From positions 20,336,001 to 20,400,000 of the forward strand of contig OX597818.1 in assembly GCA_951406725.2 (NCBI GenBank): a DNA stretch of 64,000 nt, written 5' to 3'. This document shows, one piece after another, positions 1 to 14,541 of this stretch (the stretch's first letter is position 1; each line of letters starts with the position of its first letter). The DNA comes from Octopus vulgaris (taxonomy: Eukaryota). A program made the translations under genes and the position numbers. A model generated the notes under the pieces. That model saw only the letters and a list, made by a program, of their open reading frames with translations. It searched no databases and had not been told where the DNA came from.

Positions 1-41
1 ATATATACATATATACATACATTCATACAAAAATATATGTA

Positions 42-205
42 GGCGTAGGTGTGGGCTGCGTGGTAAGAAGCTTGCTTCCTAACCATATGACTCCGGATTC
101 AGTCTCACTGTTTAGCAACTTGGGCAGGTGTTTTCTACTATTTCCTTGGTCACGCCAAAGCCTTTTGATAGGATTTAGTTGACGGAAACTGGAAGACACT
201 CGACA
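42..205 (+). mobile_element. tRNA-derived SINE, family A
   Basis: A/B-box-like head GGCGTAGG..GGCTGCGTGGTAAGAAGCTTGCTTCC..GGATTCAGTCTCACTG; recurs near 4347, 31350, 35615 (+) and 5410, 48470, 50140 (-). Confidence 0.75.
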
Positions 206-479
206 TATATGTATTTATAAAAAACTGAGAATGTATGTCTGTATGTGTGCATCACTAAAACTCGAGAAGAATCAAACCGATTTAATTCAAATTTTAGACT
301 TGCCTTACTTAGGGTTGATGTAATGTCATGGGCTAAAAAGATATTCACCTTCTTGCCTAAAGCGAGCCAAGAGCAATCTCTTAACTCTTAGTCTATTTCA
401 GTATTAGGTGTATTAATAATTTCACTATGTATATAATAAATACATAGTAAAACTATTAATACTGAAACTATTATCTCAC

Positions 480-614
480 ATATATATACATGCATATATA
501 TACGTATATATATATATATATATATATATTCAATGTATATATATGTATGCATGTATATATGTGCATATATACATCTGCACATATATATATGTATATATGT
601 ATACGTATATATAC

Positions 615-675
<61 letters not shown>

Positions 676-787
676 TAGATAGATAGAGAGAGAGATGTAT
701 ATATGTATAGATGTATATATATATATATACATATAAATATATATATATATATATATAGATGTATATGAATACATGTATAAGTATAGA

Positions 788-830
<43 letters not shown>

Positions 831-1010
831 ATATATATATTATATATACATATATGTGTGTGTATATGTATATATATATATTTACATATATATATATGTA
901 TATAGTATATATATGTACATATATATATATATACCTATATATATATGTATGTATATATATATATGTATATGTATATATATATATATGTATATATATACAT
1001 ATATGTATAC

Positions 1011-1059
<49 letters not shown>

Positions 1060-1169
1060 CACGTACATATGTATATACATATATATATATACATATATGT
1101 ATATATAATAGTGTACATTTAAACACAAGAGAAAACTGCCTTCAACAGGCAGTTTTTACGCGCTAGAAG

Positions 1170-1217
<48 letters not shown>

Positions 1218-1268
1218 TGTATTTATATGCCTATATGCATATATATATATATATGTATATGTATAAGT

Positions 1269-1310
<42 letters not shown>
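480..1310. repeat. compound (TA)n/(TATG)n/(TAGA)n microsatellite field
   Basis: Directly visible; source of the spurious YIYIYI ORFs. Similar fields recur throughout the window. Confidence 0.95.
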
Positions 1311-1312
<2 letters not shown>

Positions 1313-1379
1313 GGAATTTAGAAACCGTTAAATGTATCAATGTGGGAGCCACATAATACTGGACTTGCTAGAAATGGTC

Positions 1380-1700
1380 AATAGACTGGCACGCCATGGA
1401 TTACGTCGACGTGGGTTCCAGTTATTCCGATCAACGGAACAGCCTTCGCGTAAAATTAACGTGCAGGAGGCTGAACACGCCACAGATATGTGTATCCTTA
1501 ACGTAGCTCTCAAGGAAATTCGGCGTGACACAGAATGTGACAAGGCTGGCCCTTCGAATTACAGTTACATCTCATTTTTGTCACATAAATGCAACGAGAA
1601 ATAAAGTGTCTGGCTCCAGTACACAACGTGCCACCGGGATTCGACCTCATGATCTTACGATCGTGAGCCGTTTACTCTAAGCGCCAAGCCACGCGCCTAC
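1380..1700 (-). mobile_element. SINE family C (tRNA head, Deu-like body)
   Basis: Homologous to 58770-59150 (ATCAACGGAA..AATTAACGTGCA..CCTTAACGTAG..GCGTGACACAGA.TGTGACAAGGCTGG); tRNA-like head on the minus strand at the right end. Confidence 0.7.
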
Positions 1701-3226
1701 TCAAATCACATCCTACTTCTGAGCTGGAGATCAAGAAAGCCAATTAAACTATGAGTAGGGGTATTCCAATGGAAAAATGATCAGATTGTCACGGTTGGAA
1801 CAGCTTTGATTTGCCTGATTGGATCTGACTTTGGATCAACAAAGCCAACTGAACTACGAGCTGGCTGATTCTTTGCCATATAAATTCCTAAAAAACCCCT
1901 TCGGCCATGAATGACCATGGGATTGCACCTAGAAGGTTCCCCTTCGAGGCACAAGTTCGGATAAGATTGTCTGCCGTCTCCACGCCACTGGTGTTATCAG
2001 GCCGATATAACTTAGCTCCAGTGACGTTAGAACTCATTTCTACAGATGAGTGAACAGGAGCAACGTGAAATAAAATGTCTAGATCAAGAACACAACATAT
2101 AGCCCGATCCTGAAATCGTTACCTCATGACTGTAAGCCCGACGCTCCAACCACTGAGCCATTCGCCTTCACAAATTTCTTTATTCCAACGTATATCTGAT
2201 TTTCGGTATTTACAATTTTTTTTTGTCGTCATTATCTATTAAACCGATTTATAAATGCCTTTTGAAAATAGCTGAAAGATTTTTTTTCCATATTATTTAA
2301 GCTGAAGTTGAGTGCTCTGGCAATTCGCGTCTATTTTTGACATTTTACTTTCGAGGACAGTATCTTGTTTAAAACTAACTTACTATTCTGTACCATGTCA
2401 ACGTCGATCGAACAGATCCTATGATTAAACACATTTCAGTTGCCACCATTTTGTCATTCTAGGAATATATTCAGGACTACAATTCGAAATGTCTCCATTA
2501 TTTATTTTTAGTCGGTAGAGAACGTTGCAGTTGAATTACATTTCTAGCAGAATTTTACCCCACCTCCAACAAAAAAATATCTTAATGCATGATAGTTGAA
2601 CACAGATAAACGAAAAACGAAACGGAAAAGATTAACATTTATATTTGCCTCGCTAGTTCCACAGTGCAACAGATACATAAATATTGATGAAAATATATTA
2701 CAAAAAGGTGTAATATTGTCGGAAGGTTACTGGAAAAGGCTGTGTTTTCATGTGGCTGATAATGCGTATATCCTGCAGTGTCAGGTAATCAATACAGATT
2801 ATTTGTCATGTACAAGACTAGCCCGATAGACAAGTGTATGTGAATTTGTACCAATATTAAAACCACTATAACCTCAACAACATAATATTTGTATGTGTGT
2901 GTGCACGCGCGCCTGCTTGTGTGTGCGTGTGTAAGTGATGCTTGGATATATATGGGTTTTTTATGTGAGATTTCTGAGTTGTTCTAAATTAATCACATCG
3001 ATTATCAGCATACCCCTAAACACTGTAGTTTATCGTTAAATGCTCATGTAGCATGTCACGATAAATGTATCTGTGTATGTATGTATGCATGTATGTATGT
3101 ATGTATGTATGTATGTATGTATGTATGTATTATGTATGTATGTATGTATGCATGTATGCATGTATGTATGTAATACATACATATATATATACATGCATGT
3201 ATATATTATATATAAGTATATATATG

Positions 3227-3289
<63 letters not shown>

Positions 3290-3609
3290 ACATATGTATA
3301 TATATTTGCATTTATGTACATTTTGGTATATTCTACTAACGAAGGTAAAGTAACTTTTATATTACTAAACCAGAAATCATTCAATCTAGAATTAACCTTT
3401 AAAATTTTGCCAAATCTTTTTTATTCATTTACCTCGCTTTCAACCGGTGTTAATGTAGTGTAAAAAAATGATTTGGTTTTAGAGTCATTTGACCTCTATT
3501 TCTAGCGTGTAGGTGCTGTTTCTCAGTATCCTTAATTATAATTATACCCATATGATTATATGCGTGTGCGTAGAGAGAGAGAGAGAGAGAGAGAGATGTA
3601 TATTACAAG

Positions 3610-4015
3610 AGAGATTTAAAGAAGGATGTTGCGATCGAGAAGGTGAATCTCAGTGACCTTTTTGTGTACACGGTTGGTGACAGACCATGCCTTTCTTTTG
3701 CTGGGCTCAAATCTCATTGGCAGACTCATGAAAAACGAACCTCCATCAACTACTCTAATCTGCCTTAATATACGTGCACCCCTCTCAATGCCGTGTATGT
3801 GATAAGGTCAGCAAATCTAACGGAAGCCTCAAAAGACATTTTAAAATCCATAAAGTTCAGAACTTAACTGCAGCTCTTGGTGGTCCAAATCAGATATGTA
3901 ATCTATATGGGTGTCTTCAATACAATATCTGGTTTCAAAAGCCACATTCAAACGTCATGATGGATCTAAGTCGTAAGTACAAGAGGTGGTCAGACTCTAC
4001 ATGAGTAGACAACCA
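3610..4015 (+). pseudogene. degenerate LINE 3' end with C2H2 zinc fingers (RTE-like)
   Basis: CRVCDKVSKSNGSLKRHFKIH in ORF 3774-4004 plus a broken upstream finger (AGLKSHWQTH); frames disrupted. Confidence 0.45.
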
Positions 4016-4346
4016 CATACGTATGTTACAAATGCCATGTGAAGATCCTATGTACAGTATCTCCGCATAACGTTCGTAATATCGGTACATATTTATAAGT
4101 TAATAAGAGAGGTAGGGCCTAATGCCCATTATCTTTATAGGCCCCAACAAACTAGTGACCGTGATGCAATTGATGACTGACGTACTTGACGGATCTTTGG
4201 TTTTAATCTGCAAAATCCTGACATCAACTGGTAACTATCACAGAAATACTGATATCTGTCAACCCCATCTCGAGAGAGGAATGAAGGAACTTATAATTGA
4301 GCTAGTGTTAGCATACTGACAGGAACAGTAGCATCAAATAAATAAA

Positions 4347-4800
4347 GGCAAGGTTGTGTTGTATGAAGCTTGCTTCCCAACTACATTGTTCCGGGTTCAG
4401 TCCCACTTGTGGCAATTTGGGCAAGTCTCTGCTGTTATAGCCACAGGTAGACCGAAGCCTTGTGAGTGGATTTGGTAGACGAACACTGTAAGAAACCCGT
4501 CGTATAAATACATGCATGTGTGTGGTGGTGGTGGTGGTGTGGTGGTGGTGGTGGTGGGGTATGCGTATGAGTATGCGTGTGTATGTCTGTGTATTCATGT
4601 TTGTGTCTGTCTCCTCCCACCACTTGACAACCGGTTTTGGTGTGTTTACGTCTCCGTAACTTAGCGGTGCTGCCAAATTGACCGACAGAATAAGTACGGG
4701 GTTTAACAAAAAAAAAGTTGTTTCTTTCGACTAAAAATTCTTCAAGGCGGTTCCTTCTGCATGGTTGCAATCTCACGACTGAAACAAGTAAAAGATAAAA
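4347..4800 (+). mobile_element. SINE family A, long copy with internal microsatellite
   Basis: Colinear with 35615-36035, including the 3' GACTGAAACAAGTAAAAGA tail. Confidence 0.75.
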
Positions 4801-5330
4801 AATGAAAGATAAATAAATAAGTAAATAAATAAATAAAGCATGTCTTTAAAAGGGAACATACATCTTACGAGTAAGGAATCTTGTTCTCAAGAAGTCAACA
4901 ATATCTGAATATGTTAGGGCGGCGGGCTGGCAGAATCGTTAACATGCTGGACAAAACGCTGAGTTGCATTTCGTCCGTCTTTACATCCTGAGATTTGACT
5001 TTCATCCTTTTCAGGGTCGATAAATTAAATACCAGTCAAATGCTGGGAATCGATATTATCGACTTAGCCCCTGTCTCGATATTACTGGCCTCGTGCCAAC
5101 ATCGACTGATATTGATGGAGAAACATTCTGCTTATATTTTTTTCACTTGTTTCATTCATTGGACTGCGGCCACGCTGGAGCACCTCCTTGAAGTGTTTAA
5201 TGGAACAAAGCGAATCCACTGCTTATTTTGTTGAAGTCTAGTACTTATTTTATCGTCGCTCTTGCAGAATCGCCAAGCTAACTCACCCCTCCCACACATT
5301 TATATATATATGTATATATACACACAAACA

Positions 5331-5409
<79 letters not shown>

Positions 5410-5813
5410 GACAGGTTTTCACGCATTTTCGGTCAACCAAATTTACTCACAAGGCATTGGCTTGCTCAGACCTAAAGAAGATGACACTTGCCGCGCAGTG
5501 GGACTGAACCCGAAACTACATGCTTACAAAGCGAGCTTCCCAACCATACAACCTGCGCCTAAATGAAAAAAAAAATTCTAATATTTACTGGAAGTGCAGC
5601 CTCATTTTGATACGCCTCATTTCAAAGGTTATGTTATTGCAATCGAAAAGTAAGAGAGAGTTTCAAAATACCCAAGGAACAAAAGAGATATTGAAGTTCT
5701 TAACCACTCTAACACCACAAATGCATCGAAAAGAATTTTTTTCTAACTGGTTTTAGTTGATAATTAATCGTAACAAAGGCTACTTTCTTCTATCATAGTT
5801 CAACATTTCTCAT

Positions 5814-6018
5814 GGTACCAGCAGGCAAAATGGAAAAAGCATAGCTCCGTAGGACAGCCAGGGAGACAGCCAGCAATCTCTGCTCCGATAGCGGTGTGCA
5901 TGGTCAAAGTCAGCTCTGATTGGCTGTATGCAAATAAGTTCGTTACTGGGGTCCGGAACTCTCGTGGGAAAAATCTTGCCTCCGTGGTAACGCCTTTTCC
6001 ATTTTGTCTGCTGGTGCC
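5814..6018. mobile_element. MITE-like element with ~24-bp terminal inverted repeats
   Basis: GGTACCAGCAGGCAAAATGGAAAA ... TTTTCCATTTTGTCTGCTGGTGCC; the internal segment recurs at ~54297-54363 (-) and ~54773-54820 (+). Confidence 0.65.
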
Positions 6019-6160
6019 ATTATTATAAGGTATTTATGTGGAAAGTATTACATATCATCAGCCCCCTTCCCAAAATTTCACTGAAGTATTTCCAGCATAA
6101 CATAATGGTTTCAGCCAGAGGATGAGGTGATGCTAGAGTGTGGCCTTTAGCTAAAGGTTT

Positions 6161-6272
6161 TGCATATAGCACCGAGGTTTTCCAAAGCGGTTAGTCATTT
6201 AAGTACTAACTAGGCTCAACGTTACTTAACATCGGTGATCGTACGAGAACCGGTGTTTTTCAACGTGATATG
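6161..6272 (-). pseudogene. 5S rRNA pseudogene
   Basis: Reverse complement reads CATATCACGTTGAAAAACACCGGTTCTCGTACGATCACCGATGTTAAGTAACGTTGAGCCTAGTTAGTACTTAAATGACTAACCGC, colinear with metazoan 5S rRNA; 5' end missing and box C mutated. Confidence 0.85.
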
Positions 6273-6623
6273 TTTTTGAATACACACGCAATGTTTCAAC
6301 ACAAGAAATGTTGAGGGAATATCTCCATCAAAACTTTCGAGTTGTTGAGAGAGGTGGGGGGATAGGAAAGGAGGAAGATAAAGAGGAAGAAAGAGAGAGA
6401 GAGAGAGAGAGATTCTTTGAACTAATTGAAATAACAGTTAAATCTCCTGCAAATAACACTTCACTGTCTTTAAAGAAAGAAAGCGGAAAGACACACCGGA
6501 TAGTGTAGTCCTGATAATGTAAAAGAAAGTGCTGATCAATGGTGAAATGTCTTTGATTATAGGTCGACTGAAACAGGGCTGCTGACCCGCTAACCTGAAC
6601 TTAAACAGCAACATCAGCAGCAA

Positions 6624-6625
<2 letters not shown>

Positions 6626-6698
<73 letters not shown>

Positions 6699-6715
6699 CG
6701 CTGCCGCTACTACTA

Positions 6716-6747
<32 letters not shown>

Positions 6748-6772
6748 ACTGCTGCTGCTGCTGCTGCTGCTG

Positions 6773-6865
<93 letters not shown>

Positions 6866-6982
6866 CTGCTGCTGCCGCTACTACTACTACTACTACTACT
6901 ACTGCTACTACTACTACTGCTACTGCTACTGCTGCTGCTACTGCTACTGCTGCTGCTACTGCTGCTGCTACTGCTGCTGCCG

Positions 6983-7035
<53 letters not shown>

Positions 7036-7108
7036 GCTACTACTGCTACTGCTGCTGCTGCTGCTGCTTCTGTCTCTACTACTACTACTACTACTACTAA
7101 CTACTACT
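6626..7108. repeat. ~480-bp compound (CTA)n/(CTG)n trinucleotide repeat
   Basis: Directly visible. Confidence 0.95.
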
Positions 7109-7844
7109 ATAAGACGACCACCGCCTCTGTCACGATAGCAACGACAAAATTGACACGGTTGTTTAGAATAGAAAATGAAAATTTTGTCCTGCGGTGGAAT
7201 TCATTCATCTGCCCAGCAGATGTGAACGTTTTATTCACAATGAGTGAGAAAGAGAACATTTAAGGACAACGACACGGAAATCAACAATTTCTCTGCAATG
7301 ATTATAAATTCGAATTTCTACTTATTGATATTGGTTCACTTGGCTCTGTTACTGCTACGGCAATATTTTTTAAGAAGAAAGGTTGAAATTTTCAAGACAA
7401 AAGAGAAAAAAATGAACCCATCCCACACATATATTACAAGTCAAGTTCAATGTATAAGCGGAATATGAAAAATATAGGTACGTCATGAGTCTCATACGTG
7501 CTCAAAACATCCTATGGGATGAGAACATAGCGCAAGAGATTTATTGATACATTACACCCATCTTTGGATGCAATGTTGTTCAACGCAAGGTTGGGTTTGC
7601 CTGCCACTGCCATCGTAGTAAACAAAAACTCATATCAGATATTATGTTTTAGTGACTTAAACAACCCAGTAATGGACAAAGGAGACTCAGCTACACGGAT
7701 ATTTTTTTGGCAGAGACATATAAGATGGAACTGAGAACCTCCCAAAGCCGATGAGGGACAGAGATGTTTGGTGCAACATAGCGAAGAGCATATTGGCTGT
7801 TGCCGGTTGAAGAAGAAAGATATACAAAACTTTTCTAAAACTGA

Positions 7845-7875
<31 letters not shown>

Positions 7876-7909
7876 TGTATGTATGTATGTATGTATGTAT
7901 GTATGTATG

Positions 7910-7943
<34 letters not shown>

Positions 7944-7973
7944 TGTATGTATGTACGTACGTATGTATGTATG

Positions 7974-8032
<59 letters not shown>

Positions 8033-8138
8033 GAATTATCTTATTACGGATAATTCGAAAGATAACCGATACCTGGGTAGCAAACTCACAACAGAAAGAA
8101 CACGGTTGAAGTTACGACCATAGGGCATACACTCCGTG

Positions 8139-8198
<60 letters not shown>

Positions 8199-8202
8199 TA
8201 TA

Positions 8203-8815
8203 TCCAAGGTTGTGAAACATTTATAAATAGAAGGTCTTACAGCTGTTTCCGGGATATTTTATATATCCCTTCATCGGAGACGATGTGAGAAAATGGTTAA
8301 GCAATAGTTATTCTAGATAAGATATGAAATAGAGAGTGAAGTGGAGGAATGAAAACAGACGTGAGATATGCAGGGATATTGTATCTGCAGTTCCATTATT
8401 TAGGCAGAATGGTATACATATAAGATTCCTGTACCTTATGAGTAAGTTCCAGTACTATTTAAAATGGGTTATTCCAAGCATAGAGTTTATAAACAGTGTT
8501 ATTGAATCGAGAGTTTTTTTTAAGTGAGTCTTTGGATGCAATGTTGTTTAAAGCATGGTAGGGTTTGCCTGCTACTACCAGGAATCTTATATGTAGACCA
8601 TTCTGCCTAAATAATGGAACTGCAGATACAATATCTCTGCATATCTCTCGTCTATTTTCATTCCTCCACTTCACTCTCTATTTCATATCTTATCTAGAAT
8701 AACTATTGCTTAACCATTTCCTCACACCGTCTCCGATGAAGGTTTTATATAAAATATCCCGGGAACAGCTGCAAGACCTATTTATAAATGTTCTAAAATC
8801 TTCCACAGCCTTGGA
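8203..8815. mobile_element. inverted pair of PLE-like terminal fragments next to (TA)n
   Basis: Arms 8203-8430 and 8580-8815 are reverse complements; each carries an HHR motif. Confidence 0.75.
8234..8281 (-). ncRNA. minimal type-I hammerhead ribozyme
   Basis: GTCT-CCGATGA-A-GGGATAT-ATAAA-ATATCCC-G-GAAA-CAGCTG-TA-AGAC; palindromic stem III. The mirror copy at 8729-8777 (+) is mutated. Confidence 0.8.
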
Positions 8816-9009
8816 TTTTTTATCTCATTCTATTAATTTTTTTAATATATATTTATGCTGATATATGACCTACGTTGGACTCCTCATTCGCATAATCACC
8901 GAACCTGAAGCTTAACTATAACCTGTCCATAGCGCTTACTCGGCAGCACAAACGGACTTAAAGGATATATATGTGTATGTATATATGTGTATGTATATAT
9001 GTATATATG

Positions 9010-9063
<54 letters not shown>

Positions 9064-9297
9064 TATATATATATATATATATGTGTGTAAGTATATATGT
9101 ATGCATCTATATATGTATATGTGTGTGTGTACAATTTTTCCAATGTGTACACATAACACGGAAAAAAATAAATAGTTACCAGGGTAAATGATTTGAATAA
9201 CACCTGCGTTTGACTCCATTTCTTAATTTATATATATATATTACGGAGATGTACTTGCATAGCAAGTGACCTGATCTGAGATCGTGTGCTCGAACGA

Positions 9298-9708
<411 letters not shown>

Positions 9709-11319
9709 TAGGTATGTTTTTATGTATGCATGTATGTATGTGTGCATATGATTATTCCAATTCTTAGTTAGAAACAATCCTTTTCTGATAGGAAATCATT
9801 GAAACAGATAGATAAATATAGATACAAATATTACTTGAGATAAGTTCCAGTGCCCGACTGCAAACTACAGCAAGGTACTTCGGACCTCAACCTGCAGGAC
9901 ACATCAGATAATGTAGTCTGAAGAGCACAATGTATGAGAAAAGATAAAGAAAGAAAAATGGCGTGGTGTTAACGGCTGGAACGCCTTTCATTACTTTGCT
10001 CAGTCAGCAGCCTCTTAGGATTAAACAACGCCATCAATGGCAAGATACAAGAAATGTATGCATGTCTATACTTTAAGATCTTGCTCGTATTAGGTTCAGT
10101 AAGTTAACGATTCACACTCAATACACCGAGACATAGACCCACCAGACATTCTCGCAATATGTTGGTTAAATCACAAGAAATGAATTGATGTTCCAAAGTA
10201 CATGACTGATGGATGAATTATGGAGTTAGCGCCTCGGATATTCTCTTTGTTAGCATCAGCGCTACTTGGCACCCCTGGAGGGAGTGATATTGTCGGAAGG
10301 TGCTGAAAATGCTGTGATCTCAAGACGACAGCTGATAATGGGTATGCCCCGCAGTGTAAGCACTTAATGTAGATTATTTAGCGTGTACATGGATAGGATA
10401 GGTTGATAGATAAATATATATATGCGTATGTGCGTTCACAGAAATATGTGTGTCTCTCTCTATGTGTGCGTGTGTGTGAAAGTGGGAATGCATATACATT
10501 CGCAGACATTCAAACATACATAGGTATTAATATGGTTATATACGAATATTTTTACATATATGTGTGTGTGCGTGCAAATAACACATATATACACACATGT
10601 ACATAAACGTACATGTATGTCTGAATATATATGCATGTATATATGTAAAAGATATACACACACACACAGAGCCTACAAAAGATCATAAGAATGATGTTAG
10701 AACTTTGCCGGATTTAGAAATGTTGAACGCTTAATTCTTGATATTTTTCATAGTTTTTTCACAAGTGCTATAATGCGGTATTTATTTTTGGTTTGTACTT
10801 GCTATTTATACGGCTTCCACAATTAATCCACTGCCATTATATTTTTTTAAATAATCCTATTTGAGGTCGTTCAATCGACCAATATTTTTCTCTATCTTCT
10901 TTTGTTTCTTGTACTGTATAATGTTGCAAATGTACGATAAACGTCGTAGATGTAGACCTAATGCAACTGTTTGCTTCAGGAAGCTGACTGTCCGCTAACA
11001 CCACACATTGCTTCACATGTAAAGAAATCCCGCCGAGGTCAACTCTGTCCATCTTTGTTGATAATAAAGGACCAATCAGGGGCGGTAAATTGACAGAACT
11101 GTAAGAACATCGACTGCCTTAAGGTTTTTGTTTCGGATCTTTGAGTACTGAGTTCAAATTTTGCAAAAGCCTACATGGGTGCTAGACTTAACCCGTCACC
11201 GTCATCTGCCACATACAATGTGACTAGATCTTCGGTTTGAGAAAACCTTCTGCTGCTAATATCGATGTCTTGTAAAGGTCATGAGCACTACCTTCTCTCC
11301 TGAGTAAGAGATAAAATGT

Positions 11320-11575
11320 ACAAAAACTCTGCAGTGCTATATACGTTGGTGAAATAGACCGATGCTTGGATGGTCGCAGTTTCAAGTACTTTTGCATGTC
11401 ATCCAGAGCATTCTGAGCAAACCTGTGGTCAAACATTTCGACACACTTGACCACATCATTAACCATCTTTCGCTGACCAACATTTCAGTACAGCACGCGG
11501 CATCGCACTGGAAGGAAAGCAAAGAACAACACATTATCCTCGTTCCGAGATTATTTCCCAACGACAATTGAACTT
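11320..11575 (+). pseudogene. degenerate GIY-YIG endonuclease remnant of an older PLE
   Basis: Across frameshifts: LCSAIYVGEIDRCLDGR ... SKPVVKHFDTLDH ... KEQHII, which resembles the C-terminus of the intact PLE ORF. Confidence 0.55.
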
Positions 11576-12726
11576 AAGAATTTTATCACTTTAGGCTAAT
11601 CTATACTAATAAATACAATTTCTATGTGTGTATCAGCACACTTTGCTGACCTATATACACATCCCTTAGGCGGGGGTCTATTCTCAGAAATGGAACACAT
11701 TTCAAATCAGGATAGCCCTCGGAATGTCTATGCTACATAAAAAAAAAAAATTTCTGTTTCTAGGCCAAGTCTTCTGGCCTGCAGCGCAAATTCAGACCAT
11801 TCTATGACACACAAAATGCGAACTAAGAAGTATAACAACGAATGTAGAAGTATAGAGAGCAGAACAAGCGGGATATTCGTTGGGGAATTATATTTAACCT
11901 ATTCGGTAATTGGATGATAAGCAGAGAGGATAACTAACATTTAGACAGAATGAACAAAACAGAACAGGAGACACGTCAGATTGAAAATCGCTGAAGAGGT
12001 CACAAGTAGAGCGACAAAAGATTTCAGACAAAGGACACTAAAGTAAGAATCAGGAATCTTGCAAAATAAGTGCATAAAGAGAACTCCTTTAACTTTTACA
12101 TTTGTTTCACCAGTAGAGCATTTTTGGAGAATAAGATACTTCTGAGACAATTTTGTTTTTATTTGGGTCTCTATGAAATCCTCGTATTTGAGTCTATTCT
12201 CAAAGAAGAAAAATATTCGTATATATTATGAGCCCTCTTAATTTTAATTCCAAAAGATTTTTAAAGTCAAATGAGGTGACAAAGATTGGAGGTTTGGAGA
12301 AACGATATATCAAAAAGAAAAGAGAAAAGATGTGGGGCAGAACAGCGAAAACCTGTAGATTCTAGCAAAATGGTGACAAGATATCCAAGGAAGTTTTGAC
12401 TTTACACAATCGGGATAATCACTAAAAATTTGTGGTACTAAGGCTCCGGAATACCTGGTGAAGGTAAATTCTGTTTATGCAAATAAAGAACTACTATCAC
12501 ATGTTTTATTCTGTATGTTCTTCAGTCTCATTACTTTCGCTGCCCTTCGCAGTAACTGAACAAGAAGTTAAGAGAGTCCGGGTTTTGGGCTGGTGTGGGC
12601 ATGTTTATTACATTATGTCATAAAGGTGAAAACGTATAAAATTCGCCATGTCTGTCATACATACATTCACTCACTTGCATATATACATATGTACGTACAT
12701 ACATAAATATGTGTGTGTGTGTATGT

Positions 12727-12776
<50 letters not shown>

Positions 12777-13449
12777 CTATATACATACAGTTATGCACAC
12801 CTGCATAAATGCAGTGTGTGTGTGTTTGTGCGCGTTCGCGCAGATTACGATATTCATCTAACAATCGATCGGTCGATCTACATGTGTGAGTGTGGTGTGT
12901 ATATCTACAAACATACACATCATGTTTCTTTGCGTGTGAGTTGAATGCGTGAGAGTAGTATGTTTATGAGCGCATGTGAATGTAGTTGTGTGCATGTGTG
13001 TGTGTGTGCGCGCGCACATGTGTATATTAATCTCTGTGTGTACGAGTGTGTGTGTGTACCCGTTTGTATAACGAATGGGTACACTAGCATGTATATGTAC
13101 TGATACAAATAGACGACTACCACGTGTGGCACAAAAATACACGAAACAAAACAAAAAAAAAAAGAAATCAAAAAATAAAGAAATCTGATAAATGGTTGAG
13201 GGGTAGGTAGGAGGGATGGAGGATATAGGTGGAGGTATGTGATGGGGGTTGTTTAGGTGGAAGTATGAGTGTGGGGTGGAGAGTGGGTGGGCGGGTGTGG
13301 GTAAGGAAAGTTGGGAAGAACATTTCGGCAATTGATTCATAAGTGGAAATGTTTTTGATGATGACGGTATATTTTCATCGTAGTTGTGAGTTGAGTGAGT
13401 GGAGGATTGGGGTGGGGGCGAGGGGGAAAATAAAGGGTTAGGGTGGGTG

Positions 13450-14080
13450 AAGGGTAGCAGTAGTAGTGGTGGTGGTGGTGAGAGTAGTAGTAATAGTAGT
13501 AGTAGTGGTGGTAGTAGAAGTAACAGTGGCTGTGAGGGTGGTGGTAATGGTGGCGGTGAAGGTGGCTGTAGTGGTGGCGGTGAGAGTGGATGTGGTGGTG
13601 GTGGTGGTGGTTGTAGTAGTAGTAGTAGTTGTAATAATTGTGATGGTAGGTATGACAAGGGTGAAGAGAGATGAACGATATAGCAATAGTGTTGGTGAGA
13701 ATGTCGAGGATGAAGGGGTAATAGTGGGAGAGATGGTGGAGCGGGACCATTGGAATATAGGTAAGGATGTAGATAATGATGATGATGATGATGATGATGA
13801 TGGATTCTAGTGGTGCTGGTAGTGGTGCTGGTGTTGGCTCAGGTGCGAGTGGTGTAAGCTATTAGCAGTGGAGGTGTGCGTGCAAGACGTTGGCGGCGGC
13901 GGCGGTGGTGATAGGGGTGGTGGTAATAGGGCAAGGCGAGAGTGAAGGGTGGCAGTAGAAGCAATAGTATTATTAGTAGTATGATACAGAACGGTAGTGC
14001 TGGTGGTGGAGGTGTTGGTGGTGGTGGCGTTGGTGGTGGTGGTGTTGGTGGTGGTGTTGGTGGTGATGGTGGCGGCGGAA
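13450..14080. repeat. low-complexity (GGT)/(AGT)/(GAT) trinucleotide region
   Basis: Directly visible; gives poly-G/S/T/P/H pseudo-ORFs. Confidence 0.85.
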
Positions 14081-14332
14081 TTAAAAGTGAGAGAGACTGT
14101 GTATGAGAGAGAGGAAGAGTGAAGACAGCGGCTAAGTGAAAAGTAACGGGTGGCGACGTGAGGAGGACGAACAGTGAGTAATAATGCGTGTGTATGTGTG
14201 TAAGCGTGTATGTGTGCGCATGTGGATGATTCTGTGTATGCATTTGTTGAAAAATAGAGCACCTACATGTGTTCGTGTGTCTTTTTCTTGCTTGCGTATG
14301 TACATCTGCGTACCAAAGTCTATGTGTATATA

Positions 14333-14363
<31 letters not shown>

Positions 14364-14395
14364 GTATATATATATACATATAAACATATATATAC

Positions 14396-14431
<36 letters not shown>

Positions 14432-14489
14432 ATACATATATATACATATATATATACATACATACATATATATATACATATATATATAC

Positions 14490-14535
<46 letters not shown>

Positions 14536-14541
<6 letters not shown>

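Noticed and set aside
1130-1154. Hairpin AAAACTGCCT-TCAAC-AGGCAGTTTT resembling an intrinsic terminator
   Set aside because: Eukaryotic DNA; an isolated short inverted repeat within a microsatellite, with no assignable function.
388-1352. Long YI/MYVC/HT/LSIY-repeat ORFs here and throughout the track
   Set aside because: Translations of stop-free microsatellites; no coding signal.
3774-4004. Host C2H2 zinc-finger exon
   Set aside because: Fingers are broken and out of frame, with no TGEKP linkers; better explained as a LINE 3' relic.
12858-14262. Pro-, Gly-, Thr- and His-rich ORFs resembling structural proteins
   Set aside because: Degenerate trinucleotide repeats open in several frames on both strands; no supportable gene structure.
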